From NCBI GenBank assembly GCA_944377305.1, contig CALWEL010000001.1, positions 55,512 through 119,511 on the forward strand: a DNA stretch of 64,000 nucleotides. Direction: 5' to 3'. Shown here in pieces: positions 19,767 to 29,544 of the stretch. Numbering within the stretch: the first letter of the stretch is position 1; each line of letters opens with the position of its first letter. A program made the translations under genes and the position numbers. The notes below the pieces were generated by a model. That model did not search any database and was not told the origin of the DNA. It saw nothing but the letters and a program-made list of their open reading frames with translations. The DNA comes from an uncultured Clostridia bacterium. GTDB lineage: Bacteria > Bacillota > Clostridia > Christensenellales > UBA1242.

Positions 19767-20201
19767 ATGAGATTGATGATTCAGCGCGTAAAATATGCCA
19801 AACTTTCTGTGGATGACAAACTAGTGAGTGAGATTGGTCCGGGACTTATGGTGATGCTAGGAGTGACGCGAGATGACGATTATAGCAAAGTGAATAGGGT
19901 TGCCAAGAAGATTGCCACGATTCGCATATTTCGGCGAGACGGGAAACTAAACGATAGCGTCCTTGACCTGAACTATTCAGTCCTGCTAATATCCAATTTC
20001 ACATTATGTACGAGTGCAAATAGTGGAGCACGACCTGACTTTTCACTATCAGCAGATAAGGATATGGCTAAGAAATTATACTTGGCGGTGGCGAAAGAAT
20101 TGAAGAATATGGGAGTGGACACAAAACTTGGAGTATTCGGCGGAAATATGCAGATAGACTGCCACCTCGATGGACCAGGCACAATATACAAAGAAATTTA
20201 A
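19767..20201 (+). CDS. dtd: D-aminoacyl-tRNA deacylase
   Basis: Contains 'MRLMIQRV', 'GPGLMVMLGV', 'SNFTLC..GARP.F' and a C-terminal 'DGPGTI', in 144 aa. Confidence 0.92.
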   Translation: MRLMIQRVKYAKLSVDDKLVSEIGPGLMVMLGVTRDDDYSKVNRVAKKIATIRIFRRDGKLNDSVLDLNYSVLLISNFTLCTSANSGARPDFSLSADKDMAKKLYLAVAKELKNMGVDTKLGVFGGNMQIDCHLDGPGTIYKEI

Positions 20202-20222
20202 AAACAAAAGGGAAAATTCATT

Positions 20223-20591
20223 ATGTCTAATAATTTAATTGTTATGCTGTCAAACAAATTGAAAGAATCAAATGAGATATCTAGAGCATCAAAATTAATA
20301 CAAAATCAAACCTTAGGAAGATCTACAGATACACAATTGAATGACGATCAATATTTTCAAATCGTGGCATTATATGAATTTTTGAAAGACAATGAAGATT
20401 TATCAAACGAAGAAGTAAGAGCAATGCTAAAATCGAGATTGAAATTTTCATTTTTAAGGAAATTGGATAAAAAAATTCCTAATATGTTTGAAGAGCTTAG
20501 AGAGCACGGACCGAAATGTGTGGCAATAATGTATGATAGATCAAATCAAGAAAAGCAAGCAGATAAGGTATTGAAAGTTAGATTGCCATAG
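20223..20591 (+). CDS. Hypothetical protein (122 aa)
   Basis: Tightly spaced within the dnaB..metG operon (21 nt after dtd). Predicted helical and charged. No family recognised. Confidence 0.5.
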   Translation: MSNNLIVMLSNKLKESNEISRASKLIQNQTLGRSTDTQLNDDQYFQIVALYEFLKDNEDLSNEEVRAMLKSRLKFSFLRKLDKKIPNMFEELREHGPKCVAIMYDRSNQEKQADKVLKVRLP

Positions 20592-20600
20592 GAGAAAGAT

Positions 20601-21194
20601 ATGGAAAAATTGGTTGATACGTCAAAATCAATTCACGATAAAATCATCCACGTGATGACGAAGAAACTGAATAGGGACGAATTCAAAAAAGTGATTGATG
20701 CAGGGAGCGGAAAAATTAGTGCAAGTATTGCGCTTAAATATTTTCCGAATGCAAAAGTTGATGCTGTAATTTTCCCAGGTGATAATAGGAAAAAAAATCC
20801 ACTTGAAAATGCAATTGGTAGCGACAGACTTGAGATTATGGAAGCAGACATTTGCACCACGACTTTTAGGAAACAATATGATTTTTGTCTAGTGCATTGC
20901 TCGCTGGGCGAGGCGCTTAGGTGGGGCAATTCGTTTGAAAATATGTTCCATCACATTATGGACATTAAGGCAGATTATTTCCTCATTATTGACATATTTG
21001 AAGACCCGTGCGTGCATTTTAGATATATCGAGCAGTATTTGAAAGAAAAAGGATTCAAAATCATCAAGAAAAAGAAATTCAAAAATCCAATCCCAGAGCA
21101 TTATCCAAAAGTGAAATTTGATAAATACAAACTCGAATTTGATAGCCGCCACTATATCGCATATTTGGTGAAGAACGACAATCAAGGCAAGTAG
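20601..21194 (+). CDS. Putative class I SAM-dependent methyltransferase-like protein
   Basis: Starts 9 nt after the previous gene with a GGAG RBS. 'VIDAGSGKISASIAL' resembles SAM motif I (VxDxGxG), followed by alternating beta-strand-like segments (KVDAVIF, YDFCLVHCSL). This is a weak assignment. Confidence 0.35.
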   Translation: MEKLVDTSKSIHDKIIHVMTKKLNRDEFKKVIDAGSGKISASIALKYFPNAKVDAVIFPGDNRKKNPLENAIGSDRLEIMEADICTTTFRKQYDFCLVHCSLGEALRWGNSFENMFHHIMDIKADYFLIIDIFEDPCVHFRYIEQYLKEKGFKIIKKKKFKNPIPEHYPKVKFDKYKLEFDSRHYIAYLVKNDNQGK

Positions 21195-21202
21195 GGAGAG
21201 AT

Positions 21203-22444
21203 ATGATACAAGATGTAAGATTAAAAAATAATGTAAAATTATTAGTTGGGAAAAATATAATCAATTCTTGCACATATATTACATTAGTTTTTGTTGGTGG
21301 CAATAGTGTACAAAAATATTTAGAGTTGGCACATCTTTGCGAGCATATTGTCTCTACTTTTGATTATAAAATACATGGGAAAAAATCTTCGAATAGGTAT
21401 ATGGGTGACAAAAAAGCTGATGCACGAGTCGATAGTGATTATATGATGTTCTCTTTTTGCATAAATTCTGTCGAAGAGCTGAAAGAAAAATTGAATATAT
21501 TATCACACTGTTTAAATGATGTGGTAATAAACGATGATGACTTACAAAAAGAAGAAATTACAATACTTGATGAACTTGTTCAGGCTGACATGTTAGACGA
21601 ATATATTGAAAGAGTGAAAAAGGACTTTAAGAAAATCACCATAAAAGATATATATGAATATATTCAAAATAATCTTACAGCGGACAATCTTAAGATTTTT
21701 GCGCTGTCAAATATGGATAAGAAACAATTGATAGAGACCTTGAATGAATTTACTGTCAAATTGAACCTGACAGGTCATAAAAATGCTGTTGACCCGAATT
21801 TTAGAGGTATATGGTACTCTGATAAGAAAAAAGAACAAGGACATACTGAAATAAAATTGTCATTAAAGGCAAAGAAATGTCTACAAACAAAAAATGATAA
21901 ATATATGTTTGATTTATTATTGCTTTATGCCAACAACTTTAGATATGGCATCAAGCGAGCATTACGACAGGAAAATCGTTTGGTATACAGGACGGATATT
22001 TCTACAAACGGGTTTGAAACTGCAGATTTGATTTTAAAAATAAGTTGCAAAGACGAAAATGTAGAACAAGTGACAGCACTTAGCAAGCAATATTTTGATA
22101 ATTTATTTAAGCAGGGAATAAGCGAGCAAGAATTTGATTTCATTAAACAAATTAAACAAGATTTTTTGCGAGCAAGACCATTTCATATTCCGCAATATAT
22201 GATTAGAGAATTTATATTAGAGTATACCAAAACTCACAACCAAAATTTAGACGAAACAATGCAGAAGCAATTGTTAGAAAAAAATCAAGAAGTTGTCAAA
22301 AACTTTGACAAAGAAAGAATAGAAGAGACAATCAAAGACATAGAGACATTAAAATATGAAGATTTTAACAGATTTCTTAGTAAATATTTTGAAAATATAG
22401 ATATAAAATTTGAGCTGAATAACAAAACTGAAATTAATGTTTGA
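21203..22444 (+). CDS. M16 (pitrilysin/insulinase)-family peptidase-like protein
   Basis: Carries the inverted zinc motif HxxEH as 'LAHLCEHIVSTF' near the N-terminus. The 413-aa length is typical of M16B subunits. Starts 8 nt after the previous gene. Confidence 0.6.
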   Translation: MIQDVRLKNNVKLLVGKNIINSCTYITLVFVGGNSVQKYLELAHLCEHIVSTFDYKIHGKKSSNRYMGDKKADARVDSDYMMFSFCINSVEELKEKLNILSHCLNDVVINDDDLQKEEITILDELVQADMLDEYIERVKKDFKKITIKDIYEYIQNNLTADNLKIFALSNMDKKQLIETLNEFTVKLNLTGHKNAVDPNFRGIWYSDKKKEQGHTEIKLSLKAKKCLQTKNDKYMFDLLLLYANNFRYGIKRALRQENRLVYRTDISTNGFETADLILKISCKDENVEQVTALSKQYFDNLFKQGISEQEFDFIKQIKQDFLRARPFHIPQYMIREFILEYTKTHNQNLDETMQKQLLEKNQEVVKNFDKERIEETIKDIETLKYEDFNRFLSKYFENIDIKFELNNKTEINV

Positions 22445-22495
22445 TTTTATGGATAAAATTGTTTAAAATTATTGTTATGACGAAAAGGAGAAAAT

Positions 22496-24064
22496 ATGAA
22501 GAACACATTTTATATCACAACACCTATTTATTATCCTAGCAACAAGATGACGTTAGGAAATTGCTATACCACAATTCTTTGCGATAGTATAGCACGTTTT
22601 AATCGAATGATGGGAAAAGATGTGTTTTATCTAACCGGAACTGACGAACACGGTCAGAAGATAGAGAAGATAGCAAGGGAGAAAAATCTCAGCGAAATGG
22701 AATATCTAAATGAGATTGTTGCCGACACGCGTGCGCTTTGGGACACGCTAGATATTTCGTATGACAAATTCATTAGAACGACCGATTCCACCCACGTTGA
22801 GACAGTGCAAAAGATATTCAAAAAGTTGTATGAAAAGGGCGATATATATAAATCGTCATATAAAGGACTATATTGCACTCCGTGTGAATCGTTTTGGACA
22901 GAAGAGCAATTGATTGACGGGAAGTGCCCAGATTGTGGTAGACCAGTTGAGCAAATGGAAGAAGAAGCATATTTTTTCCGACTTAGCAAATATCAGGATA
23001 GAATTGAAAAATTGTTGACGGAAACTGATTTTTTGCGTCCGCATACTCGTGTAAATGAAATGATAAACAATTTCATAAAGCCAGGGCTAAAAGATTTGTG
23101 CGTCAGCAGGACCAGTGTGAAATGGGGAGTGCCTGTCGATTTTGACCCAAAACATACCGTATATGTTTGGATCGATGCGTTGCCAAACTACATTAGTGCA
23201 TTGGGTTACCTTCAAAAGGACGATTCACTATTCAAAAAATTTTGGCCGTGTGATGTTCACGTGGTAGGCAAAGAGATTGTCCGTTTCCATTCGATTATAT
23301 GGCCGGCAATTTTGATGGCGCTTGACCTACCTTTGCCAAAACAAATCTATGGGCACGGTTGGTTGTTGTTTGACGGCGGGAAGTTGTCAAAATCAAAAGA
23401 AAATTCGGGCAGTGTGATCGATCCACGAATTTTGTCGGACAGATACGGAATTGATGCTATCCGATTGTTTTTGATAAAGGATGTAATATTTGGTCAGGAC
23501 GGACCATATACGCAAGAATTATTCTTAAATTCATACAACACGAATTTGGCAAACGAATACGGCAATTTGGTGTCTAGGACAATTGGAATGATAGGAAAAT
23601 ATTTGGGCGGAGTGCTAAACAAGGCAACGCAATTGACCGAATCGGACAAGGAATTTCAAAACGAGATTTTAAACAAGCGTAAGCAAGTGTTTAAATTTAT
23701 GGAAGATATCAATCCGACTGGCGCACTGAATACGATTTTTGAAATGTTTTCACGCGCAAATAAGTTTATAGATGAAAATGCGCCTTGGGTGCTAGCGAAG
23801 AATGGTGAACGCGAAAGATTAAATACAATTTTGAACATCTTATCTGAAACTATTATCATTGCAAATAGTTTGCTTTTGCCATTTTTGACCGTGAAACCAA
23901 AACTCGTCTATGCTAGTTGGGGGCTAAATATTCCTCTTAACTTCGACGAATACAAAGAGTATGGCTTTATTGCGGATAATACTATTGTGACCAAAAATGA
24001 AAATTTGTATCAGCGTTTGGATATCAACAAAGAGATTGAAGAATTGAACAAAATAAAATCATAA
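22496..24064 (+). CDS. metG: Methionine--tRNA ligase (short form, no C-terminal tRNA-binding domain)
   Basis: Contains 'TFYITTPIYYPS', zinc knuckles 'CTPCE..CPDCG' and KMSKS as 'KLSKSK'. The HIGH position reads TLGN (see findings). Confidence 0.93.
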   Translation: MKNTFYITTPIYYPSNKMTLGNCYTTILCDSIARFNRMMGKDVFYLTGTDEHGQKIEKIAREKNLSEMEYLNEIVADTRALWDTLDISYDKFIRTTDSTHVETVQKIFKKLYEKGDIYKSSYKGLYCTPCESFWTEEQLIDGKCPDCGRPVEQMEEEAYFFRLSKYQDRIEKLLTETDFLRPHTRVNEMINNFIKPGLKDLCVSRTSVKWGVPVDFDPKHTVYVWIDALPNYISALGYLQKDDSLFKKFWPCDVHVVGKEIVRFHSIIWPAILMALDLPLPKQIYGHGWLLFDGGKLSKSKENSGSVIDPRILSDRYGIDAIRLFLIKDVIFGQDGPYTQELFLNSYNTNLANEYGNLVSRTIGMIGKYLGGVLNKATQLTESDKEFQNEILNKRKQVFKFMEDINPTGALNTIFEMFSRANKFIDENAPWVLAKNGERERLNTILNILSETIIIANSLLLPFLTVKPKLVYASWGLNIPLNFDEYKEYGFIADNTIVTKNENLYQRLDINKEIEELNKIKS

Positions 24065-24310
24065 AATATTTGTTGACTAAAATTAAATGAAATTTCAAAA
24101 AATGCATAAAAATATTGATGAAAACTAAATTTGCAAAGCGTAAGAAAATATTGATAGGAAAACTAGATTTATTATCACGATTTACGCGTGCAATATGCCA
24201 CTCTTGTCATCAACATATATAAAGTTTAAACAAATATTTATCTATTTATTTTAGGATGCAATTATATATTTATAATGGCAACTAACCGCCATAAAAAGAA
24301 TAAGAGAAGA

Positions 24311-24347
24311 AAAAATTTGCTTGAAATTTGAGCAAATTTTTTTATTT
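24311..24347 (+). terminator. Orphan rho-independent terminator in the metG-gyrB spacer
   Basis: 8-bp stem AATTTGCT(24314-24321)/AGCAAATT(24331-24338) with a 9-nt loop, followed by a T7 run. It lies 250 nt downstream of the metG stop. Confidence 0.55.
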
Positions 24348-24423
24348 TATACAGTCAAAATTTGATAGTTAAAATTTAGGCAAAAATATGGCAAATTTCC
24401 CTATTTTTTAGGGTAATAAACAC

Positions 24424-24452
24424 TTGTTTTTTTCCCTGTTTTTTGGTAGAAT
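24424..24452 (+). promoter_or_regulatory. Putative sigma-A promoter of gyrBA (extended -10)
   Basis: -35 TTGTTT (24424-24429), a 17-nt spacer, and TGg-TAGAAT (24444-24452). This predicts a ~110-nt 5'UTR. Confidence 0.4.
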
Positions 24453-24479
24453 ATATTATATATTTATATATAATATATT
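24450..24479. repeat. Perfect 14+14-bp AT-only inverted repeat overlapping the gyrB -10/TSS
   Basis: AATATATTATATAT (24450-24463), tt, ATATATAATATATT (24466-24479). I verified the arms base by base as exact reverse complements. Confidence 0.9.
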
Positions 24480-24568
24480 TTTTTATAAAAATATATAAAA
24501 CAATTGCAATTTTAATTATTCAAAATTGGAAAATTGAAAATTAAAATTGACATCAATAAGGAGAAAAT

Positions 24569-26527
24569 ATGACTGATGATTTGAAAGTAAAAGGCGAGTA
24601 TGGCGCGAGTGCAATTCAGGTGCTGGAAGGGCTTGAACCTGTGAGAAAGCGCCCAGGAATGTATATCGGTTCCACGGATGAAAAGGGCTTGCATCATCTC
24701 GTCACCGAGATTGTGGACAATTCCATTGACGAAGCGCTGGCGGGTTATTGTAATGAAATCAATGTGACTATCAATGAAGATGGTTCAGTGAGCGTATTGG
24801 ACAATGGAAGAGGGATACCTACCGGTATACACGAAAAAGAAGGTATCAGTGCGGCAGAACTAGTGCTCACCAAACTTCACGCGGGTGGTAAATTTGGCGG
24901 TGGCGGATACAAAATTTCGGGCGGACTTCACGGCGTGGGGTTGTCTGTCGTGAACGCTTTGAGCGAAACGCTGATTTTGGATATTTATCAAAATGGTAAA
25001 CATTATCACCAGGAATATCATCGCGGAATACCTACCGATAGATTAGCAGTTGTGGGCGATGTTCCAATGGAAAAGACTGGTACAAAAGTAACATTCAAGC
25101 CAGACGATGAAATTTTCCCAATCACTGAATTTAATTATGACACTTTGAAATCTCGTTTGCGTGAAATCGCCTTTTTGAATAAGGGATTGAGAATACATTT
25201 ATCAGATTTGAGAGTTGGCAAAGAGCAGGAAAACTTGTATCAGTTTATGGGTGGTATTCAAGAATTTGTGGCTGACCTTACTGAAAATAAAACTTGCGTT
25301 TTCCCTGAACCTATATATGTGGACAAAACATATAAATACAAACGAAAGGATGAGAACGGAAAGAGCGTGGACGCAACTTGCGAAATTGAATTTAGTTTTC
25401 AATATACCGACACTTATACCGAAAATATCCACAGTTATTGCAACAACATCAACACGGAAGAAGGCGGAAAACATTTGGACGGCTTCAAAAATAGTTTGAT
25501 GAAAATAATCAACGATTATGCGATTGAAAATAAATTGATTAAGGACAATAAAAAATTGAGCGGAGAGGACACGCGAGAAGGCATCGTGGCTGTGATCTCG
25601 GTCAAGGTGGAAGAACCGCAATTTGAAGGGCAGACTAAAACTAAATTAGGCACGGACGAAATCAAGACCTTTACTTCAAAGGCTATGGAAGAAACTTTCA
25701 AAGACTATTTGGAAGAGCATCCAAAAGAGAGCAAAGACTTGATCAACAAATGTATGATGTCACAGCGTGCGCGTGAAGCGGCACGAAATGCTCGCGAAGA
25801 AACTAGGCGAAAGAGTGCGTTGGAATCTACCAATCTACCCGGGAAATTGGCAGATTGTAGTTCAAAAAATGCTAGCGAGTGCGAGATATTCATTGTCGAA
25901 GGAGATTCGGCAGGCGGTACAGCAAAATCAGGCAGGGACAGGCGTTATCAGGCAATACTTCCATTAAGGGGTAAGATATTGAATGTGGAAAAGACAAGGC
26001 TGGCGCACGCTTTGGAGAATGCGGAAATCAACGCTATGATCACAGCTTTTGGTTGCGGTATATATGAAAATTGCGATCCAAAGAAATTGCGTTATGATAA
26101 AATTATCATTATGACAGATGCCGATGTGGACGGAAGTCATATAGAAATATTGATGCTCACATTCTTCTTTAGATATATGCGCCCGCTCATTGAAGAAGGT
26201 CATGTATATGTGGCTCAACCGCCATTATACAAAGTGACGCACGGAAAGCAGGTAAACTATTATTACACAGAAGAAGAAAAAGAAGCAGCGGTGTTGGATA
26301 CTGAAAAAGGGTACAATGTGCAAAGATATAAAGGGCTTGGCGAAATGAATGCCGATTTGTTATGGGAAACAACTATGAATCCTGCCACTAGAACGCTGAA
26401 AAAAGTGACTATGAAAGACGAAGTGACTTGCAATGAAGTGTTTGATTTGCTTATGGGTGATCGTCCAGAAGGCAGGCGCGAGTTTATTGAACAGCACGCT
26501 ACCCTTGTGACCGACCTTGATGTCTAG
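24569..26527 (+). CDS. gyrB: DNA gyrase subunit B
   Basis: AAGGAG RBS. Contains 'LEGLEPVRKRPGMYIGS', 'GGLHGVG', 'EGDSAGG' and 'PLRGKILNVE', in 652 aa. Confidence 0.98.
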   Translation: MTDDLKVKGEYGASAIQVLEGLEPVRKRPGMYIGSTDEKGLHHLVTEIVDNSIDEALAGYCNEINVTINEDGSVSVLDNGRGIPTGIHEKEGISAAELVLTKLHAGGKFGGGGYKISGGLHGVGLSVVNALSETLILDIYQNGKHYHQEYHRGIPTDRLAVVGDVPMEKTGTKVTFKPDDEIFPITEFNYDTLKSRLREIAFLNKGLRIHLSDLRVGKEQENLYQFMGGIQEFVADLTENKTCVFPEPIYVDKTYKYKRKDENGKSVDATCEIEFSFQYTDTYTENIHSYCNNINTEEGGKHLDGFKNSLMKIINDYAIENKLIKDNKKLSGEDTREGIVAVISVKVEEPQFEGQTKTKLGTDEIKTFTSKAMEETFKDYLEEHPKESKDLINKCMMSQRAREAARNAREETRRKSALESTNLPGKLADCSSKNASECEIFIVEGDSAGGTAKSGRDRRYQAILPLRGKILNVEKTRLAHALENAEINAMITAFGCGIYENCDPKKLRYDKIIIMTDADVDGSHIEILMLTFFFRYMRPLIEEGHVYVAQPPLYKVTHGKQVNYYYTEEEKEAAVLDTEKGYNVQRYKGLGEMNADLLWETTMNPATRTLKKVTMKDEVTCNEVFDLLMGDRPEGRREFIEQHATLVTDLDV

Positions 26528-26536
26528 GAGATAGAG

Positions 26537-29035
26537 ATGAAAGATAAAGAGATGTTTGAAAAAATTGATAATACTAGATATATTGATATAGATGTAGAGC
26601 ACGAGATGAAGGAGTCTTTCATCGCTTATGCAATGGCGGTGAATGTGTCGCGCGCGCTTCCTGATGTGCGAGACGGATTGAAACCTGTGCATAGAAGAAT
26701 TTTATATTCAATGAATGAAACGGGACTAACCAATGATAAACCTTTCAGAAAATGTGCCAAGATTGTTGGAGATGTGTTGGGTAAATATCATCCGCACGGA
26801 GATAGTTCGGTGTATGACGCGCTCGTTCGCTTGGCACAAGATTTTACTATCAACGAACCACTTATTGATCCGAACGGAAATTTTGGTAGTGTGGATGGCG
26901 ACCCTGCTGCCGCATATCGTTATACAGAGGCAAGGCTTAGCAAAATAGCGGGAGAGTTGTTGCGCGATATAGATAAAGATACGGTCGATTTTTATCCAAA
27001 CTTTGATGCCACCACAGTGCAACCAAAAGTGCTTCCAAGCCGTTTCCCTAATCTACTAGTGAATGGTAGTGATGGTATTGCAGTGGGAATGGCCACCAAT
27101 ATTCCACCGCACAATCTTAATGAAGTGATAGATGCAGTTGTGGCAATGATTGACAATCCAAACATTACCATAGATGAATTGATGCAATATATCCCTGCGC
27201 CAGACTTCCCTACGGGTGGCGAAATTTTGAGCAACAACGCAATCAAGCAAGCGTATAAAACTGGTCGCGGTGGGGTGGTTATGCGCGCAAAGACGGACAT
27301 TGAATCGTATGACAATGGCAAGCGATTTAGAATTGTTGCCACCGCCATACCATATCAAGTCAATAAGGCAAAATTGATAGCGCAAATTGCCAATCTTGCA
27401 AAGGACAAAAAGATTGACGGAATATCTGATGTGCGCGATGAGTCGGATAGAGATGGTATGCGCATAGTGGTAGAATTAAAGAGAGATGCCAATCCGCATA
27501 TTATACTTAATCAATTGTTCAAACAAACTCCGTTGCAAATGTCTAGCGGTATAATTTTGTTGGCACTTGTGGACGGGCGTCCTAAAGTTTTGAATTTGCA
27601 AGAGATAATCTATTATTATCTTGCATTCCAGCGCGAAGTCATCACTAGACGAACGAAATATGACCTGAAAAAAGCGGAAGAACGCGAGCATATATTGAAG
27701 GGCTTGGTGATCGCAGTCAACAATATTGACGAAGTGATTAAGATTATAAAGCAAAGTGAGGACAAAAATGACGCGTTGACAAAATTGGAGACTAGATTTG
27801 AATTGTCTGAAAGGCAAGCTAATGCAATTCTAGAGATGAAATTAAGTAGGCTTACAGGATTAGAAGTTGAAAAATTGAATGCAGAATTGGACGAATTGGA
27901 GTTGCAGATCGTCCATTTGAAAGAAATTTTGAGCGATGATAGCAAAATTAATGAAATTATCAAAAATGAATTAATCGAAATCAAACAAAAATATCCTACT
28001 CCAAGAAAGTCTGAAATAATTATGGACTATGACGACATTGATATTGGAGATTTGATTGAACGACACGAAGTGGTTATCTCATTGACTAGTCAGGGCTATG
28101 TGAAACGCTTGCCGGTAAGTGAATATAAATCACAACACAGAGGCGGGCGCGGAGTAAACGCACACAAAACGAAAGAAGAAGATGTCGTCACCGATATGTT
28201 TGTGGTAAACAGCCACGATGATTTGATGTTCTTTAGCAATCTGGGCAAAGTGTATGTGCTGCGTGCCTACAATATCCCAGAAGCGGGCAGACAGAATAAA
28301 GGTAGAGCGTTGGTTAATCTTTTACCGCTTGAAGCAGATGAAAAAATTAATACCATTTTAAAATTCGAGCGAGATGATTCTGCCTATCTAGTGCTTGCCA
28401 CTAAAAAAGGATTGATCAAGAAGACAAAATTGTCCGAGTTTGACAATATCCGTAAGAATGGCAAAATAGCAATTAGATTGAACGATGGTGATTATTTAAT
28501 TAGCGCAAAGATAGTACACCCTAATGATGAACTTTTGATCGCTTCAGACAATGGAAAGTGTTTGCGATTTAGTGAAAAGACAATTAGGCTTGTAGGAAGG
28601 ACTAGTCAGGGCGTGAAAGGTATGCGAATTGAACCGGATGAAAATATCATAGATATGATAGCAATTGATCCAACAAAAGATCTATTGACAGTGACCGAAA
28701 AAGGTTATGCAAAGCGTAGCAAGATCAGTGATTATAGGCTTCAAGGCAGGCGTGGTAAAGGCTTGAAAGCAGGAGTGTTCAACGACAAAACCGGCAAAGT
28801 GGTCGCTATGCGTTCAATAGATGAAGACAAAGATATTTTAGCAATTTCAGCAGATGGCGTGATGATTCGAACCAGCGCAGATTCAATCAATCTTGTCAGC
28901 AGGACGAGTTTGGGAGTACGACTGATGAAAGTCAGTGCAAATGACAGAGTGGTGAGCGTTGCAGTGGTGGAAAAAGATGAGAACACAGATGATGCTGAAG
29001 AACTAGAAGATAGTGTGGAAAATGTGGAAGAATAA
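26537..29035 (+). CDS. gyrA: DNA gyrase subunit A
   Basis: Contains '[16 protein letters not shown]', '[14 protein letters not shown]' and the active-site '[10 protein letters not shown]'. It has C-terminal beta-pinwheel repeats and an acidic tail. Confidence 0.98.
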   Translation: MKDKEMFEKIDNTRYIDIDVEHEMKESFIAYAMAVNVSRALPDVRDGLKPVHRRILYSMNETGLTNDKPFRKCAKIVGDVLGKYHPHGDSSVYDALVRLAQDFTINEPLIDPNGNFGSVDGDPAAAYRYTEARLSKIAGELLRDIDKDTVDFYPNFDATTVQPKVLPSRFPNLLVNGSDGIAVGMATNIPPHNLNEVIDAVVAMIDNPNITIDELMQYIPAPDFPTGGEILSNNAIKQAYKTGRGGVVMRAKTDIESYDNGKRFRIVATAIPYQVNKAKLIAQIANLAKDKKIDGISDVRDESDRDGMRIVVELKRDANPHIILNQLFKQTPLQMSSGIILLALVDGRPKVLNLQEIIYYYLAFQREVITRRTKYDLKKAEEREHILKGLVIAVNNIDEVIKIIKQSEDKNDALTKLETRFELSERQANAILEMKLSRLTGLEVEKLNAELDELELQIVHLKEILSDDSKINEIIKNELIEIKQKYPTPRKSEIIMDYDDIDIGDLIERHEVVISLTSQGYVKRLPVSEYKSQHRGGRGVNAHKTKEEDVVTDMFVVNSHDDLMFFSNLGKVYVLRAYNIPEAGRQNKGRALVNLLPLEADEKINTILKFERDDSAYLVLATKKGLIKKTKLSEFDNIRKNGKIAIRLNDGDYLISAKIVHPNDELLIASDNGKCLRFSEKTIRLVGRTSQGVKGMRIEPDENIIDMIAIDPTKDLLTVTEKGYAKRSKISDYRLQGRRGKGLKAGVFNDKTGKVVAMRSIDEDKDILAISADGVMIRTSADSINLVSRTSLGVRLMKVSANDRVVSVAVVEKDENTDDAEELEDSVENVEE

Positions 29036-29162
29036 AATATAATTGTTTTAAATTTTTAGATTATTATAATAATAATTATAAAAATTATAAATATATTATT
29101 TTCAAATTTTATATTAATAAAACAAAATATAATTAAATATTATAAAATATTAATAAAAATGC

Positions 29163-29239
29163 TAAAAATAATAAAAAATTATTAAAAAATCAATAAAAAA
29201 TTAAAAATAATCATAAAAATAATAAAAAATTATTAAAAA
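29163..29239. repeat. Two perfect 26-bp direct repeats in an A-tract-phased, nearly G/C-free spacer
   Basis: TAAAAATAATAAAAAATTATTAAAAA occurs at 29163-29188 and again at 29214-29239 (51-bp period). A third partial copy, AAAAATTATTAAAAAA, is at 29253-29268. Confidence 0.9.
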
Positions 29240-29544
29240 TATGATTAAAGGCAAAAATTATTAAAAAATAGTATTTTATCATAATATTCATTTGAAAAAA
29301 ATGTCTTTTGCATACTAATACGCGCTTTAAAAATCTAGAAATATTTGAGTTGATAAAAAATTCAAAAATCTGCTATTTGCACTAAATTTATACACAAGAA
29401 TTGGGAACGCCGATAATTTTTAGATTGCTAAATTTATTTTGGCTGACTAAATTAATCATTTTCATAAAATTCAAAATTTATCATTAATGTTTGAATTAAA
29501 TTAAAAACAAGTATTTATTTGTAAAAATTGGAATAAACTATTTT

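Noticed and set aside
22445-22495. T-box or other leader/riboswitch upstream of metG, and likewise upstream of argS (41654-41702)
   Set aside because: These spacers are only about 50 nt, which is too short for a T-box. I saw no specifier or antiterminator features. The G+C-richer patch at about 35080-35130 also matched no riboswitch consensus I know (preQ1 and guanidine-II were checked).
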